NCBI GenBank assembly: GCA_038882655.1
Contig: JAVZNT010000003.1
Span: 29,388-93,387, forward strand
Length of the DNA: 64,000 bases
DNA from: Candidatus Bathyarchaeia archaeon
GTDB lineage: Archaea; Thermoproteota; Bathyarchaeia; Bathyarchaeales; Bathycorpusculaceae
Reading direction: 5' to 3'
Positions 1 to 9,723 of the stretch are shown here, in pieces (position 1 is the stretch's first letter; each line of letters starts with the position of its first letter). The notes below the pieces were generated by a model. It was not told the origin of the DNA. It worked only from the letters and a program-made list of their open reading frames with translations, and ran no database searches. A program made the position numbers and the translations under genes.

Positions 1-335
1 TCCACCCATCGAAGGTTATGATAACAAAGCTTAACGTAGACGACAAGTGGCGAAAGAAAATTCTGGAAAGGCGGAAGAAAGCCAAAGAAGTTGCGGAAAA
101 AATGGTTGAGAAACCCCCAGAGGAAGTAGTGAAGGTTGTTGAAGAAAAACTAGCTGAGGAAAAGCCTCCAGCCGTAGAAGAGCTACCATCCAAAGAGAAG
201 AAGCCAGTGAGGAGAAAAAGAGCCGCAAAGAAGCCGAAGGAAAAAGTAGAAGAAAAAATGGAGGAAGAAGCGCCGGAGAAGAAGAAAGGGGCTGTAAGAA
301 GGCGCAAAAAAGAGGAGGGGTCTGAGCTTGGGTAG
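1..335 (+). CDS. rpl24: 50S ribosomal protein uL24, C-terminal part (5' truncated by window) with long K/E-rich tail
   Basis: Frame from nt 3 reads HPSKVMITKLNVDDKWRKKILER, the archaeal uL24 C-terminus; lies directly before rps4e. Confidence 0.88.
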   Translation, partial: HPSKVMITKLNVDDKWRKKILERRKKAKEVAEKMVEKPPEEVVKVVEEKLAEEKPPAVEELPSKEKKPVRRKRAAKKPKEKVEEKMEEEAPEKKKGAVRRRKKEEGSELG

Positions 336-1086
336 GAAAGGCGGCTCAACAACCCTTAAACGCAAGCCAGCACCAAGAATCTGGCCGATACATAGGAAAG
401 AGTTCGTTTGGGTTGTAAAACCAACCTCTGGTCCCCATTCTTTGAAGAGTTGTCTACCTATAACATTGCTTTTGCGTGACATCTTGGGAGTTGCAAAAAC
501 AAGGAAGGAAGCAGAAATAATAACTGCGCAAGGGAAAGTTTACGTTGACGGGAGAGTTAGGCGAGACGACAAGTTTCCAACGGGACTTATGGATGTAGTC
601 TCGCTTCTTGACATGAATAAATACTTCCGCATTTTACCGTCACATAAGGGTTTAATCCTCCATCCAGTAAGCAGAGAGGAAGCCAACTTCAAGCTTTGCA
701 GAATAGAGAGCAAGACGGTGGTGAAGAACGGGCATGTACAGCTGAATCTTCACGATGGCTCAAATATTCTCGTTAAGGTTGCTGACCCGAAGAATCCGCA
801 AGAAGATGTTTACAGCAGCTTTGACACTATTAAGATTAGTCTTCCGGATAGGCAAATTCTCGAACACATTAAGATGAAGGAGAACGATTATGTGATAATA
901 ACCAGCGGCAAAAACATGGGAAAGCATGGCAAAATTGTAGAAATTGAGAAGGTTAAGGGTAAAAAACGCAAAGACGCCATAGTAACAGTAGAAGATGAGA
1001 AGGGCAACCGCTACCAGACAGTAATGGAGTTCGTTTTTGCAATAGGCGAGACAAAACCGCTGATATCCTTGCCGGAGGCTCAATAG
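328..1086 (+). CDS. rps4e: 30S ribosomal protein eS4
   Basis: LKR..AP..WPI.RK...W, GPH, VDGRVRRD..FPTGLMDV motifs; operon position. Confidence 0.97.
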   Translation: MGRKGGSTTLKRKPAPRIWPIHRKEFVWVVKPTSGPHSLKSCLPITLLLRDILGVAKTRKEAEIITAQGKVYVDGRVRRDDKFPTGLMDVVSLLDMNKYFRILPSHKGLILHPVSREEANFKLCRIESKTVVKNGHVQLNLHDGSNILVKVADPKNPQEDVYSSFDTIKISLPDRQILEHIKMKENDYVIITSGKNMGKHGKIVEIEKVKGKKRKDAIVTVEDEKGNRYQTVMEFVFAIGETKPLISLPEAQ

Positions 1087-1087
1087 A

Positions 1088-1627
1088 ATGTCTGAAGATA
1101 AAATCCGAAAAAAGTGGGAAGAAAATCCAATGCTTAAGCCGAGAATAGACAAAGTTGTTGTCAACATAAGTGTTGGAAAATCCGGAGAGCCTCTGGAAAA
1201 AGCCTCAAAGGTGCTGAAGGATTTAACCGGACAGGCACCGTGCAAAAGGAAGGCAAAGAAAACCATTAGGGATTTTGGAATAAGAAGGGGCGAACCAATG
1301 GCTTGTATTGTCACGCTTAGAAAGCAGAAAGCCATAGAATTCTTGAAAAAGGTCTTGCATGTAATTGATTACAAGATTCCGAAGAGCTGTTTTGATAATT
1401 GCGGAAATTTTGCCTTTGGAATAAAAGAGCATATAGAGATTCCTGGAGTCAAATACGATCCTGAAATAGGAATATTTGGTATGGACGTGTGCGTGACGCT
1501 AAGCCGGCCAGGATGGCGCGTTAAAAATAGACGTAGAAGTAAAGCGAAAGTAGGTTCAAGCCACGTCTTAACACCAGAGGAGGCTATGGTTTTTGTCAAA
1601 GATGCTTTGGGGGTTGAAATAGTCTAA
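1088..1627 (+). CDS. rpl5: 50S ribosomal protein uL5
   Basis: [39 protein letters not shown]. Confidence 0.97.
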   Translation: MSEDKIRKKWEENPMLKPRIDKVVVNISVGKSGEPLEKASKVLKDLTGQAPCKRKAKKTIRDFGIRRGEPMACIVTLRKQKAIEFLKKVLHVIDYKIPKSCFDNCGNFAFGIKEHIEIPGVKYDPEIGIFGMDVCVTLSRPGWRVKNRRRSKAKVGSSHVLTPEEAMVFVKDALGVEIV

Positions 1628-1649
1628 TTTGGCTATGAGAGGGAGTTTT

Positions 1650-1814
1650 ATGGGTAAAAAGAAGCTTAAAAGGGAAAGAAAATATGGCAAGGGTGCCAGA
1701 CCATGCGTCAGATGCGGCTCATACGGACCTGTTATTCGGCGTTATAATTTATATTTATGTAGGCATTGTTTTAGGGAAGTAGCCAAAAAACTTGGGTTCC
1801 AAAAATATGAATGA
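1650..1814 (+). CDS. rps14: 30S ribosomal protein uS14
   Basis: [11 protein letters not shown]...[12 protein letters not shown]...LGF.KY zinc motif; ATG 1650 preferred. Confidence 0.95.
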   Translation: MGKKKLKRERKYGKGARPCVRCGSYGPVIRRYNLYLCRHCFREVAKKLGFQKYE

Positions 1815-1824
1815 TGAGGAAAGC

Positions 1825-2211
1825 ATGATGGATGTGCTGTCAAACGGCTTAACAACAATTCTGAACAACGAGATGCGCAACAAACTCGAATGTGTTGTTA
1901 GCCCAGCCTCTAAACTTTTAGGCAAGGTTTTAAGGGTTATGCAGTTAAACGGGTACATAGGCGAATTCGAATTCATAGACGATGGGCGCTCCGGAAAGTT
2001 CAAAGTCCAACTTTTGGGCAGAATAAACAAGTGTGGCGCCATAAGACCACGCTTCGCCGTTAAAGTTGATGAAATTGAAGACTGGGAGAGGAAGTTTCTA
2101 CCATCAAGAGAGGTGGGGCTTCTAATAATCTCAACTTCGAGAGGGGTATTGTCCCATAGAGAGGCTAAAGAAAGGAGCGTTGGAGGCAGACTCTTAGCCT
2201 ACGTCTACTAG
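1825..2211 (+). CDS. rps8: 30S ribosomal protein uS8
   Basis: [29 protein letters not shown]; start at ATG 1825/1828. Confidence 0.97.
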   Translation: MMDVLSNGLTTILNNEMRNKLECVVSPASKLLGKVLRVMQLNGYIGEFEFIDDGRSGKFKVQLLGRINKCGAIRPRFAVKVDEIEDWERKFLPSREVGLLIISTSRGVLSHREAKERSVGGRLLAYVY

Positions 2212-2225
2212 GGGGTTTTTGACAA

Positions 2226-2774
2226 ATGCGGGCTGTGGAGGTCTCAAAGGTCGTTCAAATTCCAGACGACGTGGAAGTAACCCTCGAAGGCAAAAAAGTG
2301 ACGGTTAAAGGTGCCAAGGGAACCCTAACCAGAGACTTCTCATCCGCCCCAATCTTAATGGAGCTTCAAGGCAAAAGCCTTCATATTTGGGCTAATTGGC
2401 CTCGCAAAAAAGAGAGCGCCCTAGTTGGCACAATTCATGCGCATATTAATAACATGATTACTGGAGTTAGGAAAGGTTTCACATACAAGCTGAAGGTGGT
2501 TTTCTCCCACTTTCCAATCTCCGTTAAAGTTCAAGACAAAATGGTGTTAATTGAAAACTTCACTGGTGAAAGAAACCCGAGGAAAGCAAAAATTGTCGGC
2601 AACGCCAAGGTGAAGGTCTCCGGCGACGACGTAATTGTTCAAGGGATAAACCTTGAAGAAGTAAGCCAAACAGCCGCAAACATAGAACAAGCCACAAAAG
2701 TGCGGAGGAAAGATCCCCGAGTCTTCTTGGACGGCATATACCTATACGAGAAAGGCGAGGGAATGGAAGCGTGA
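2226..2774 (+). CDS. rpl6: 50S ribosomal protein uL6
   Basis: NMITGV..GF.YKLKVVFSHFP, NF.GE, KDPRVFLDGIY. Confidence 0.97.
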   Translation: MRAVEVSKVVQIPDDVEVTLEGKKVTVKGAKGTLTRDFSSAPILMELQGKSLHIWANWPRKKESALVGTIHAHINNMITGVRKGFTYKLKVVFSHFPISVKVQDKMVLIENFTGERNPRKAKIVGNAKVKVSGDDVIVQGINLEEVSQTAANIEQATKVRRKDPRVFLDGIYLYEKGEGMEA

Positions 2775-3334
2775 AAGAGCAGAACACCGCTGTTGTAAAG
2801 AAAGCCTTAAAGATAAGGGCGAGGCTAAAAAAGAAAAAGCCCGACTTTGTGCGACAGGAAAGCTGGCGTTACGACCGGCTAAAGGAGAACTGGCGCAAAC
2901 CAAAAGGCATAGACAACAAAATGCGGAGAAAAATCAAGGGATGGCCTCAAACAGTAAACGTTGGATATAGAGGACCAAAAGCAGCTAGGGGACTCCATCC
3001 GTCCGGCTATGAAGAGGTTTTAGTGCATAATATTTATGAGCTAAAGAAAGTGAATCCTAAAACCCAAGCTGTACGGATCGCCCACACCGTTGGCAGAAAA
3101 ACTAGACTGCAAATTCTTGCAGAGGCGAGAAAGAAGAAAATAACAGTCTTAAATGTGGGAGTTAGGGAAGAGGAAAAGAAGGCGGAAGCGGAGAAAGAAG
3201 AAACTGAAGAAGAGAAAAAAGCTGAAAAAGAGGCAACGGAGGAAAAAGAAAAAGAGAAGACGGTTAAAGAGGAGAAGCCGAAGCCCAAACGGAAAAGAGT
3301 AGAGAAAAGCAGGGGAGGAAAGGAAGAACGGTGA
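2771..3334 (+). CDS. rpl32e: 50S ribosomal protein eL32 with K/E-rich C-terminal extension
   Basis: KPDFVRQESWRY, WRKPKGIDNKMRR, RGLHPSGYEEVLVHN. Confidence 0.95.
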   Translation: MKEQNTAVVKKALKIRARLKKKKPDFVRQESWRYDRLKENWRKPKGIDNKMRRKIKGWPQTVNVGYRGPKAARGLHPSGYEEVLVHNIYELKKVNPKTQAVRIAHTVGRKTRLQILAEARKKKITVLNVGVREEEKKAEAEKEETEEEKKAEKEATEEKEKEKTVKEEKPKPKRKRVEKSRGGKEER

Positions 3335-3786
3335 CAATTCTGAAAAGTCAGAGGCGACTGGCAGCCCAAATATTGAAGGTTGGTCAAGAAAGGGTTTGGA
3401 TAGACCCTAATAGGATTGAGGATGTTGAAGCCGCCATAACCCGCGAGGAGATTAGGAAACTCATTCACGAAGGTGTAATTAAGCCCTTAAGAGAGAAGGG
3501 TGTCAGCCGGGCAAGAGCAAGAATAATCCACCAAAAGAAAAAGAAGGGCTTGAGGCGGGGACCCGGAAGCAAAAGTAGTGCAGAAAAAGCTAAAATTTCT
3601 AAAAAGGAGGCTTGGATGCGCAAGGTTCGTGCATTAAGGAAGAGGCTTCACGAGCTAAAGGCTAACAAAACAATCACTGAAAACACGTACAGAAAGCTTT
3701 ACACGATGGTTAAAAGTGGGCGGTTCACATCTGTCGCTGACATGGAGAGATTTCTAAAGGCTCATGACCTTTGGAGGAAACGCTGA
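3331..3786 (+). CDS. rpl19e: 50S ribosomal protein eL19
   Basis: [34 protein letters not shown]. Confidence 0.96.
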   Translation: MTILKSQRRLAAQILKVGQERVWIDPNRIEDVEAAITREEIRKLIHEGVIKPLREKGVSRARARIIHQKKKKGLRRGPGSKSSAEKAKISKKEAWMRKVRALRKRLHELKANKTITENTYRKLYTMVKSGRFTSVADMERFLKAHDLWRKR

Positions 3787-4403
3787 TGGCGCAAGGTTCC
3801 AGTTATAGTGTACCGTACCGCCGAAGAAGAGAAGGCAAAACAGATTATCATAAAAGAAAAGCCTTAATCCTTTCCGGAAAGCCTAGGCTTGTAGTTCGCG
3901 GCACGCTCCAAAACTTTATTGTCCAAGTAGTGGCTGCCAAACCCCGAGGCGACGAAGTTTTGGTTTCAGCTCACAGTAGAGAACTCCTAAAAAATTATGG
4001 TTGGAAAACTCCTAGGGGAAATCTCCCAACAGCTTATTTAACAGGGCTTTTATGTGGGTTAAAAGCCAAAACAAAAGGCATAGAAGAGGCTGTTCTTGAT
4101 GTTGGATTGCATTCTCCAACGAAGGGCGCAAGGGTTTTTGCAGCTCTTAAAGGCGTTTTAGACGCTGGTTTGAGTGTTCCATATGGGGAGGAAAAGTTGC
4201 CAGACGAGAAGAGAATTCAAGGTGCGCACATAGCCCAGTATGCGAAAACGCTTTCAGCAGATACTGAGAGGTATAGGGCAGTGTTCTCAAAATATCTTGA
4301 CAATAAGGTTCCTCCCGAAAGTCTTCTTGAACATTTTGCAGAGGTTAGGAAGTCTGTAGTTGCCTCTTTTAAGAATGGAGGTAAAAGCCGTGGCAGTGGA
4401 TAG
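3786..4403 (+). CDS. rpl18: 50S ribosomal protein uL18
   Basis: [26 protein letters not shown]; ATG overlaps the rpl19e stop. Confidence 0.96.
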   Translation: MAQGSSYSVPYRRRREGKTDYHKRKALILSGKPRLVVRGTLQNFIVQVVAAKPRGDEVLVSAHSRELLKNYGWKTPRGNLPTAYLTGLLCGLKAKTKGIEEAVLDVGLHSPTKGARVFAALKGVLDAGLSVPYGEEKLPDEKRIQGAHIAQYAKTLSADTERYRAVFSKYLDNKVPPESLLEHFAEVRKSVVASFKNGGKSRGSG

Positions 4404-5025
4404 AGCTAAAAGTTTAGAGGAGTGGGTTCCTAAAACCCGTCTTGGAAAGCTGATTCAGGAGGGTAAAGTAACCTCTATTGAAGAGGTTTTTATGGAAGGC
4501 TTACCCATACGGGAACCCCAAATTGTTGATGCTTTGCTTCCAGACCTTCAGGAAGAGGTTATAAACATTAATCTTGTGCAGAAGCAGACAGACGCCGGTG
4601 AGAAGTCTAGGTTTAAGGCGATAGTTGCTGTTGGAAATAGGGATGGCTACATTGGGCTTGGGGCTGGAAAGGCAAGCCAAGTGCGAACTGCAATAGAGAA
4701 GGCAGCTGCAGATGCCAGATTAAAACTTGTTCCAATAAGGCGAGGGTGTGGCAGCTGGGAATGTGGATGTGGAAAACCCCACTCTGTTCCATTCCAGGTT
4801 GAGGGCAGATGCGGCGGCGTAAAAATCGTCATCGTTCCAGGACCGAGAGGCTTAGGCTTGGTTGCCAGCGAAGTTGCAAAAGTGATTCTTGGACTTGCAG
4901 GGATAAAAGATTGTTGGACAAGGAGCTACGGCTCAACACGAACTGTTCCTTCCTTCGCGTATGCAGTTTTTGATGCTTTGAAGAGGACCTACAGCCTAAT
5001 AACGCCAATGGATTGGGTGAAATAG
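4390..5025 (+). CDS. rps5: 30S ribosomal protein uS5
   Basis: [27 protein letters not shown]; GTG 4390 follows GGAGGT. Confidence 0.96.
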   Translation: MAVDRAKSLEEWVPKTRLGKLIQEGKVTSIEEVFMEGLPIREPQIVDALLPDLQEEVININLVQKQTDAGEKSRFKAIVAVGNRDGYIGLGAGKASQVRTAIEKAAADARLKLVPIRRGCGSWECGCGKPHSVPFQVEGRCGGVKIVIVPGPRGLGLVASEVAKVILGLAGIKDCWTRSYGSTRTVPSFAYAVFDALKRTYSLITPMDWVK

Positions 5026-5026
5026 C

Positions 5027-5515
5027 TTGCCAGAAGAGACCAAAAGCCGAAAATGTATTACAGCCATTCGCGTCCGCGGAATTATAAGCGCGCCCCTACA
5101 GGTTAGGGAAACCCTAAAAATGTTAAACTTGAAAAGGAACAACTATGCAGTTTTGATTGATAATAGACCCTCCTTTCTTGGAATGTTAAAAACAGCTCAA
5201 AGCTTTGTCACTTGGGGTGAAATTTCAAAAGAGACCTTGAGGGCGCTGTTAAAGAAGAGGGGTAAACTTATTGGAAACAAAAAGTTGACGGATGATTATG
5301 CAAAAAAGCTTGGTTACGCCTCTTTGGAGGAGCTTGCAGAAGCAATATATAACTGTAAAGTTGAGTACTGGAAGCTTCCGAGCATACAGCCATATTTTAG
5401 GTTGCACCCGCCAACGAAGGGTTTCAAGGGTAAGACAAAGAAGGGCTATGGCATGGGCGGCGAGCTTGGATACCGCGGCGAAAAAATAAATGAGCTTTTA
5501 GAGAGAATGATTTAA
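5027..5515 (+). CDS. rpl30: 50S ribosomal protein uL30
   Basis: AIRVRG, ETLKMLNL, FRLHPP..GF, GELGYRGEKINELL.RM. Confidence 0.95.
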   Translation: MPEETKSRKCITAIRVRGIISAPLQVRETLKMLNLKRNNYAVLIDNRPSFLGMLKTAQSFVTWGEISKETLRALLKKRGKLIGNKKLTDDYAKKLGYASLEELAEAIYNCKVEYWKLPSIQPYFRLHPPTKGFKGKTKKGYGMGGELGYRGEKINELLERMI

Positions 5516-5550
5516 AGGCTCTCTTATGTTGTGGCGATACCTTTTATAAC

Positions 5551-6030
5551 TTGTTTGAAGATGCGTTTGTGTCAAAGGGAGGAGAGACCAGCGTGAGATG
5601 GCGAAGAAGCGAGAAACTTCCCAAATGGTTTAGAACCGCTAAAAGACTGAGCAGAACCGAAGATAAAGCTTTAAAGTTTGAAAATTTGAGAATTGCAAAA
5701 CAGCATTCTCATAGGTATAAAGGTTTAAAGACTTTTAAAGTTAAAAGTTGGAAAGAGCCCGAGCCGTTGGTGGATGTTTTTAGGGAAAAGGACAAAATAG
5801 TTGTTGTCGCCGAGCTTAAGGGCTTTAAGAAAGAAAACATAAAGATTCAAGCCAAAAAACAGCAGCTAACCCTGGCGGCGAGGGCTCAGGGGCGCAGATA
5901 CTATAAAAGTTTAAATCTTCCAGAGGCTGTGATTCCAGAGGCAGTCCGCATAACATATAAGAATGGAGTCCTCGAAATACAGTTAAAGAAAGCCCTAGAA
6001 GAGAAACCACTAAACAAGGTTGCTGGTTAA
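5551..6030 (+). CDS. Hsp20/alpha-crystallin family protein with basic N-terminal region (start uncertain, possibly GTG 5593)
   Basis: EPLVDVF...IVVVAEL.G.KKENI...YYKSLNLP..V.....YKNGVLEI.L alpha-crystallin signature. Confidence 0.85.
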   Translation: MFEDAFVSKGGETSVRWRRSEKLPKWFRTAKRLSRTEDKALKFENLRIAKQHSHRYKGLKTFKVKSWKEPEPLVDVFREKDKIVVVAELKGFKKENIKIQAKKQQLTLAARAQGRRYYKSLNLPEAVIPEAVRITYKNGVLEIQLKKALEEKPLNKVAG

Positions 6031-6032
6031 GG

Positions 6033-6473
6033 ATGCCCCATAGACTTAGGAAAATCCGCAAAAAACGCGGTTCAAGAACATGCGGCTACGGAAGAGTAGG
6101 ACAGCATAGAAAATCAGGCTCCAAGGGATACCGCAGAGCCGGACGCCACAAGCACGGTTGGACATACGTCATAAAATACGAGCCAGAATACTTCGGAAAA
6201 AAGGGTTTCACCTCGCCTAAAAGTTTAAAACAAAAAAATAAAGTCATAAACGTTGGGGAGCTCGAAGAAATAGCCGAAAAATGCGGAGGAAGAACTGATG
6301 AAGGAAAAATCTTCATAGACTTGAATGGTTTAGGCTACACGAAGCTTCTTGGCTCTGGAAAAATAACAAAACCCCTAATCGTTAAAGTTGCCTTTTGCTC
6401 AAAATCAGCGGCTGAAAAAATAGAGGAGATTGGAGGGCAAGTTTTAGTAAAGTCTCAACAAGCTGGGGAGTAG
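6033..6473 (+). CDS. rpl15: 50S ribosomal protein uL15
   Basis: RGSRTCGYGRVGQHRKSG, FGKKGF, GYTKLLGSG. Confidence 0.96.
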   Translation: MPHRLRKIRKKRGSRTCGYGRVGQHRKSGSKGYRRAGRHKHGWTYVIKYEPEYFGKKGFTSPKSLKQKNKVINVGELEEIAEKCGGRTDEGKIFIDLNGLGYTKLLGSGKITKPLIVKVAFCSKSAAEKIEEIGGQVLVKSQQAGE

Positions 6474-6483
6474 CGGTTAACCC

Positions 6484-7902
6484 ATGGCTGGAAGGTTTCT
6501 TAACTTCTTTAAACCCGTTGCGCGTTTCATTCCAGAGGTAAAAGCTCCAGAGCGTAGAGTGAGCTTTAATGAAAAACTCTTCTGGACAGCCATAGCCCTC
6601 ATAATATACCTAGTAATGGCCAGTAATGCGTGCAGCCTTTACGGTATTCAAAGTTCAGAGGAGTTTGCACCCCTAAGGATAATTTTTGCTTCAAGCCGCG
6701 GCACTTTGATGGAGCTAGGCATAGGTCCAATCGTGACCGCTGGCTTAATTTTGCAACTTTTAGTTGGTTCCGCCATGATAGAATGTGACATGTCAAAACC
6801 TGAAGACAGAGCCTTATTCACAACAGCAAGCAAAGTTTTTGCGATAATTCTCACTGGGGTTCAAGCATCGGCTTACATAATAAGCGGAATGTACGGTAAC
6901 TTGCCCGGCACAACTGCCATAATCGTTTTTCTTCAACTCTTAGCCGCCGGGCTCATAGTCCTACTCCTAGACGAGCTTATCCAGAAAGGTTGGGGGTTCG
7001 GTAGTGGGATCAGCCTCTTCATAATGGCAGGTGTTGCACAGCAAATATTTCTTCAATGCTTCGATATTAGTGGAGCTGTTGATGAATACTACAATCACGG
7101 AATTTTTCCAGCGTTAGCAGGTGCCATAATTAATGGAAAACCAATTACAGGATTATGGTTAAGAGGCAATCTTCCGTCCTTAACAGGGTTCATAGCAACA
7201 ATAGCCGCTTTCCTTGTGATAATTTATATGGAAGGTGTTAGAGTGGAGTTGCCGCTTTCTTACGCTGGCTACCGCGGTTTTAGGAGTCGCTACCCGATAA
7301 AGCTGCTGTACGTTTCAAATCTCCCAGTGATTTTTGCATCTGCGCTTTTTGCCAACATATACTTCTTCTCATATCTACTATGGAGCCAACCATGGGGTAA
7401 AGACAACGTTTGGATTAAACTTTTAGGAGATTATAAGTATGACTATAACGCTCGACAGAATGTGCCTGTCGGAGGCCTTGTTTATTTTGTAACTTCTCCA
7501 GGCAACCTTACCAACGTGATGAATGAGCCTTTAAGAGCCATTGGATATTTAGCAATTCTCATAGTTTTCTGTGTAATCTTTTCGCTTACTTGGCTTGAAG
7601 TTGGCGGTTTAGGGCCTTCAACAGTGGCGAAGCAGCTTGTAGATTCTGGCATGCAGATTCCGGGTTATAGACGTTCAGGTAAGGCTGTTGAGCAGATTCT
7701 TAAACGCTACATTCCAGCAGTCACTGTTTTGGGCGGAATTATAGTTGGATTAATCGCTGGTTTATCAGATTTCTTTGGAGTTTTCGGCTCCGGTATAGGG
7801 ATTTTGCTTTCTGTAGGCATAGTTTACCAGTACTATGAAATTTTGGTGCGTGAAAGAGCAGCCGAAATGTACCCCGCCTTCAGAAGAATATTTGGAGAGT
7901 GA
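6484..7902 (+). CDS. secY: Preprotein translocase subunit SecY
   Basis: GTLMELGIGPIVTAG, GSGISLFI, YPIKLLYVSNLP, GMQIPGYR; about 10 TM segments. Confidence 0.98.
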   Translation: MAGRFLNFFKPVARFIPEVKAPERRVSFNEKLFWTAIALIIYLVMASNACSLYGIQSSEEFAPLRIIFASSRGTLMELGIGPIVTAGLILQLLVGSAMIECDMSKPEDRALFTTASKVFAIILTGVQASAYIISGMYGNLPGTTAIIVFLQLLAAGLIVLLLDELIQKGWGFGSGISLFIMAGVAQQIFLQCFDISGAVDEYYNHGIFPALAGAIINGKPITGLWLRGNLPSLTGFIATIAAFLVIIYMEGVRVELPLSYAGYRGFRSRYPIKLLYVSNLPVIFASALFANIYFFSYLLWSQPWGKDNVWIKLLGDYKYDYNARQNVPVGGLVYFVTSPGNLTNVMNEPLRAIGYLAILIVFCVIFSLTWLEVGGLGPSTVAKQLVDSGMQIPGYRRSGKAVEQILKRYIPAVTVLGGIIVGLIAGLSDFFGVFGSGIGILLSVGIVYQYYEILVRERAAEMYPAFRRIFGE

Positions 7903-7911
7903 GTTTAAAGC

Positions 7912-8379
7912 ATGTCCTTTCTCCCGACAAGTCCACCTTGGTCGACACTTTTCATTTTCCTACTTGCCGCTGCTATATCTTTTCTTATAACTCTGGCAAA
8001 TCGTCTCACAACAAACCCGGAAAAGACAAGGGCTTGGAGAAAAGAAATTGCCGAATGGAATCAACAGTTTAATAAGGCTAGGAAAAGCGGGGATAAGAAA
8101 CAACTGGAGAAGCTTATGAAAAAACAGCAGTACATACTTCAGCTTCAAGCAAAAATGTCATGGCAGTCAATGAAAGTGTCCTTCTTATTCTTCGTCCCAT
8201 TAATGATAATTTGGTCATTTCTGGGAAGCTTCTATACTGGTGAGAATGCCAACATTGCATACTTCCCAGGTATTGGCCCTCAGCTGTTGTTTCCGCCTTT
8301 GTTCTGGTGGTATCTTTTATGCTCCTTTTTCTTTAGTACGATATTTTCCCATTTATTAGGTATTTCAAGTGTGGAGTGA
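7912..8379 (+). CDS. EMC3/TMCO1 (DUF106) family membrane insertase, Oxa1 superfamily
   Basis: TM, coiled coil, then TM pair ending WWYLLCSF; conserved position after secY. Confidence 0.85.
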   Translation: MSFLPTSPPWSTLFIFLLAAAISFLITLANRLTTNPEKTRAWRKEIAEWNQQFNKARKSGDKKQLEKLMKKQQYILQLQAKMSWQSMKVSFLFFVPLMIIWSFLGSFYTGENANIAYFPGIGPQLLFPPLFWWYLLCSFFFSTIFSHLLGISSVE

Positions 8380-8385
8380 TGTAGC

Positions 8386-8664
8386 ATGCCCAGACCATCT
8401 CAACGTGCACGCAGCCGGAAACGTGTTTTCAGGACTCTGCCTGGAGGACGCACAAGCATGCATCTTAAACGCGAAGTTCCAAGAGGTGACAGTTGCGCCA
8501 GTTGCGGCAAACCTTTAGCCGGAATTCCCCATCTTCTCCCCCATGAGGCGACGAAGCTTAACAGGACGAAGAGGAGAATTTCAAGAATTTATGGTGGGCA
8601 TCTCTGCCACAACTGCTTGAAAGTAGCCCTTAAACATGCGGCACGAACACTTAGTGTTGTATGA
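8386..8664 (+). CDS. rpl34e: 50S ribosomal protein eL34
   Basis: MPRP..R.RS.KR...TLPGG, CxxC, R.YGG.LC..C. Confidence 0.93.
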   Translation: MPRPSQRARSRKRVFRTLPGGRTSMHLKREVPRGDSCASCGKPLAGIPHLLPHEATKLNRTKRRISRIYGGHLCHNCLKVALKHAARTLSVV

Positions 8665-8674
8665 GGTTCTTGGC

Positions 8675-9265
8675 ATGGCGAAAGAACCATTGATTATCTG
8701 CGTTTGTGGGATGGCTGGAAGCGGAAAAAGCACTTTAGCAAAAAAACTGGCCGAAAAGTACGGACTTAAATATTATTCTGGCGGTGATGCCCTAAAAGCT
8801 TTGGCTTTAGAGAGAGGTCATAAGCCAGCGGGGCACGGTTGGTGGGAAAGCAAAGAAGGCTTATCATTCCTAGAGAAAAGGAAGAAAAACCCCCAATTTG
8901 ACAAGGCTGTTGACCAGAAACTCTTGGAAATTGCAAAACAGGGAAACGTAATTCTAGACAGTTGGACAATGCCGTGGCTTCTCGAAGGCGGGTTCAAAAT
9001 ATGGCTTGAAGCATCGCCAAGAAAAAGGGCGGAAAGAGTAGCAAAAAGAGACAACATGACCGTGAAAGAGGCATTAAACGCCTTGAGAAAGAAGGAGGAG
9101 AAGACAAAATCAATCTATGAGAAGCTTTACGGCTTCAAATTAGGCGAAGATTTCACCCCATTCCACATGATATTGGACACCGATAATTTATCAGCTGAAG
9201 AAGTTTTTCAAGCCCTAAGTTTAGTTTTAGACAAGCTAGTTTTTGGTAAACAGAACTTCGCGTAA
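8675..9265 (+). CDS. cmk: Cytidylate kinase (archaeal type)
   Basis: P-loop GMAGSGKST, KIWL.A....RAERVAKRD; position after rpl34e. Confidence 0.88.
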   Translation: MAKEPLIICVCGMAGSGKSTLAKKLAEKYGLKYYSGGDALKALALERGHKPAGHGWWESKEGLSFLEKRKKNPQFDKAVDQKLLEIAKQGNVILDSWTMPWLLEGGFKIWLEASPRKRAERVAKRDNMTVKEALNALRKKEEKTKSIYEKLYGFKLGEDFTPFHMILDTDNLSAEEVFQALSLVLDKLVFGKQNFA

Positions 9266-9336
9266 ATTTTTTAAAGCATTAGAGAAACTTCTATAATATT
9301 CCTTTAAAATAAAATCCACATCTGAATCTAAAACCA

Positions 9337-9723
9337 ATGCGGAGATTGGAGAACTTGAAAATGCTAATTTTCTGCTCCGCAATTGTTACAGCCTTAATCC
9401 TCACAATTCTTCACGGGCTTCTTCCAATGACTTGGGAAACGGCTCAAACACTGCTTACATTTAACCTTCTATTTCTGCTCATTCTCATGCCATTAAAAGG
9501 GTCTATTATGAGAAAAATAGCAATACTTTTGTTAGGTAATATATTAAGCTTCATTTGGAGCACCCTTTTCTATCTGCTTGTTCACTTCGCTGTTGGGCAA
9601 ATGGATGGAGTGTTTAACACCTTATATGTTGTTTTGAGTCCACTGTTGAATGTTTTGTGGGTTGTAACATTTTGGTCTACAAGTCTGACCTTTTTGGCTG
9701 AACCGGGAAAAGGAAAGCGGTGA
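9337..9723 (+). CDS. Hypothetical 4-TM membrane protein
   Basis: Four hydrophobic segments; stop overlaps the start of the GT2 gene (GTGA). Confidence 0.7.
   Translation: MRRLENLKMLIFCSAIVTALILTILHGLLPMTWETAQTLLTFNLLFLLILMPLKGSIMRKIAILLLGNILSFIWSTLFYLLVHFAVGQMDGVFNTLYVVLSPLLNVLWVVTFWSTSLTFLAEPGKGKR

Noticed and set aside
1084-6473. Genome-wide TAG recoding as an explanation for the GAF amber codon
   Set aside because: TAG is the evident true stop of rps4e, rps8, rps5 and rpl15, each closely followed by the next gene
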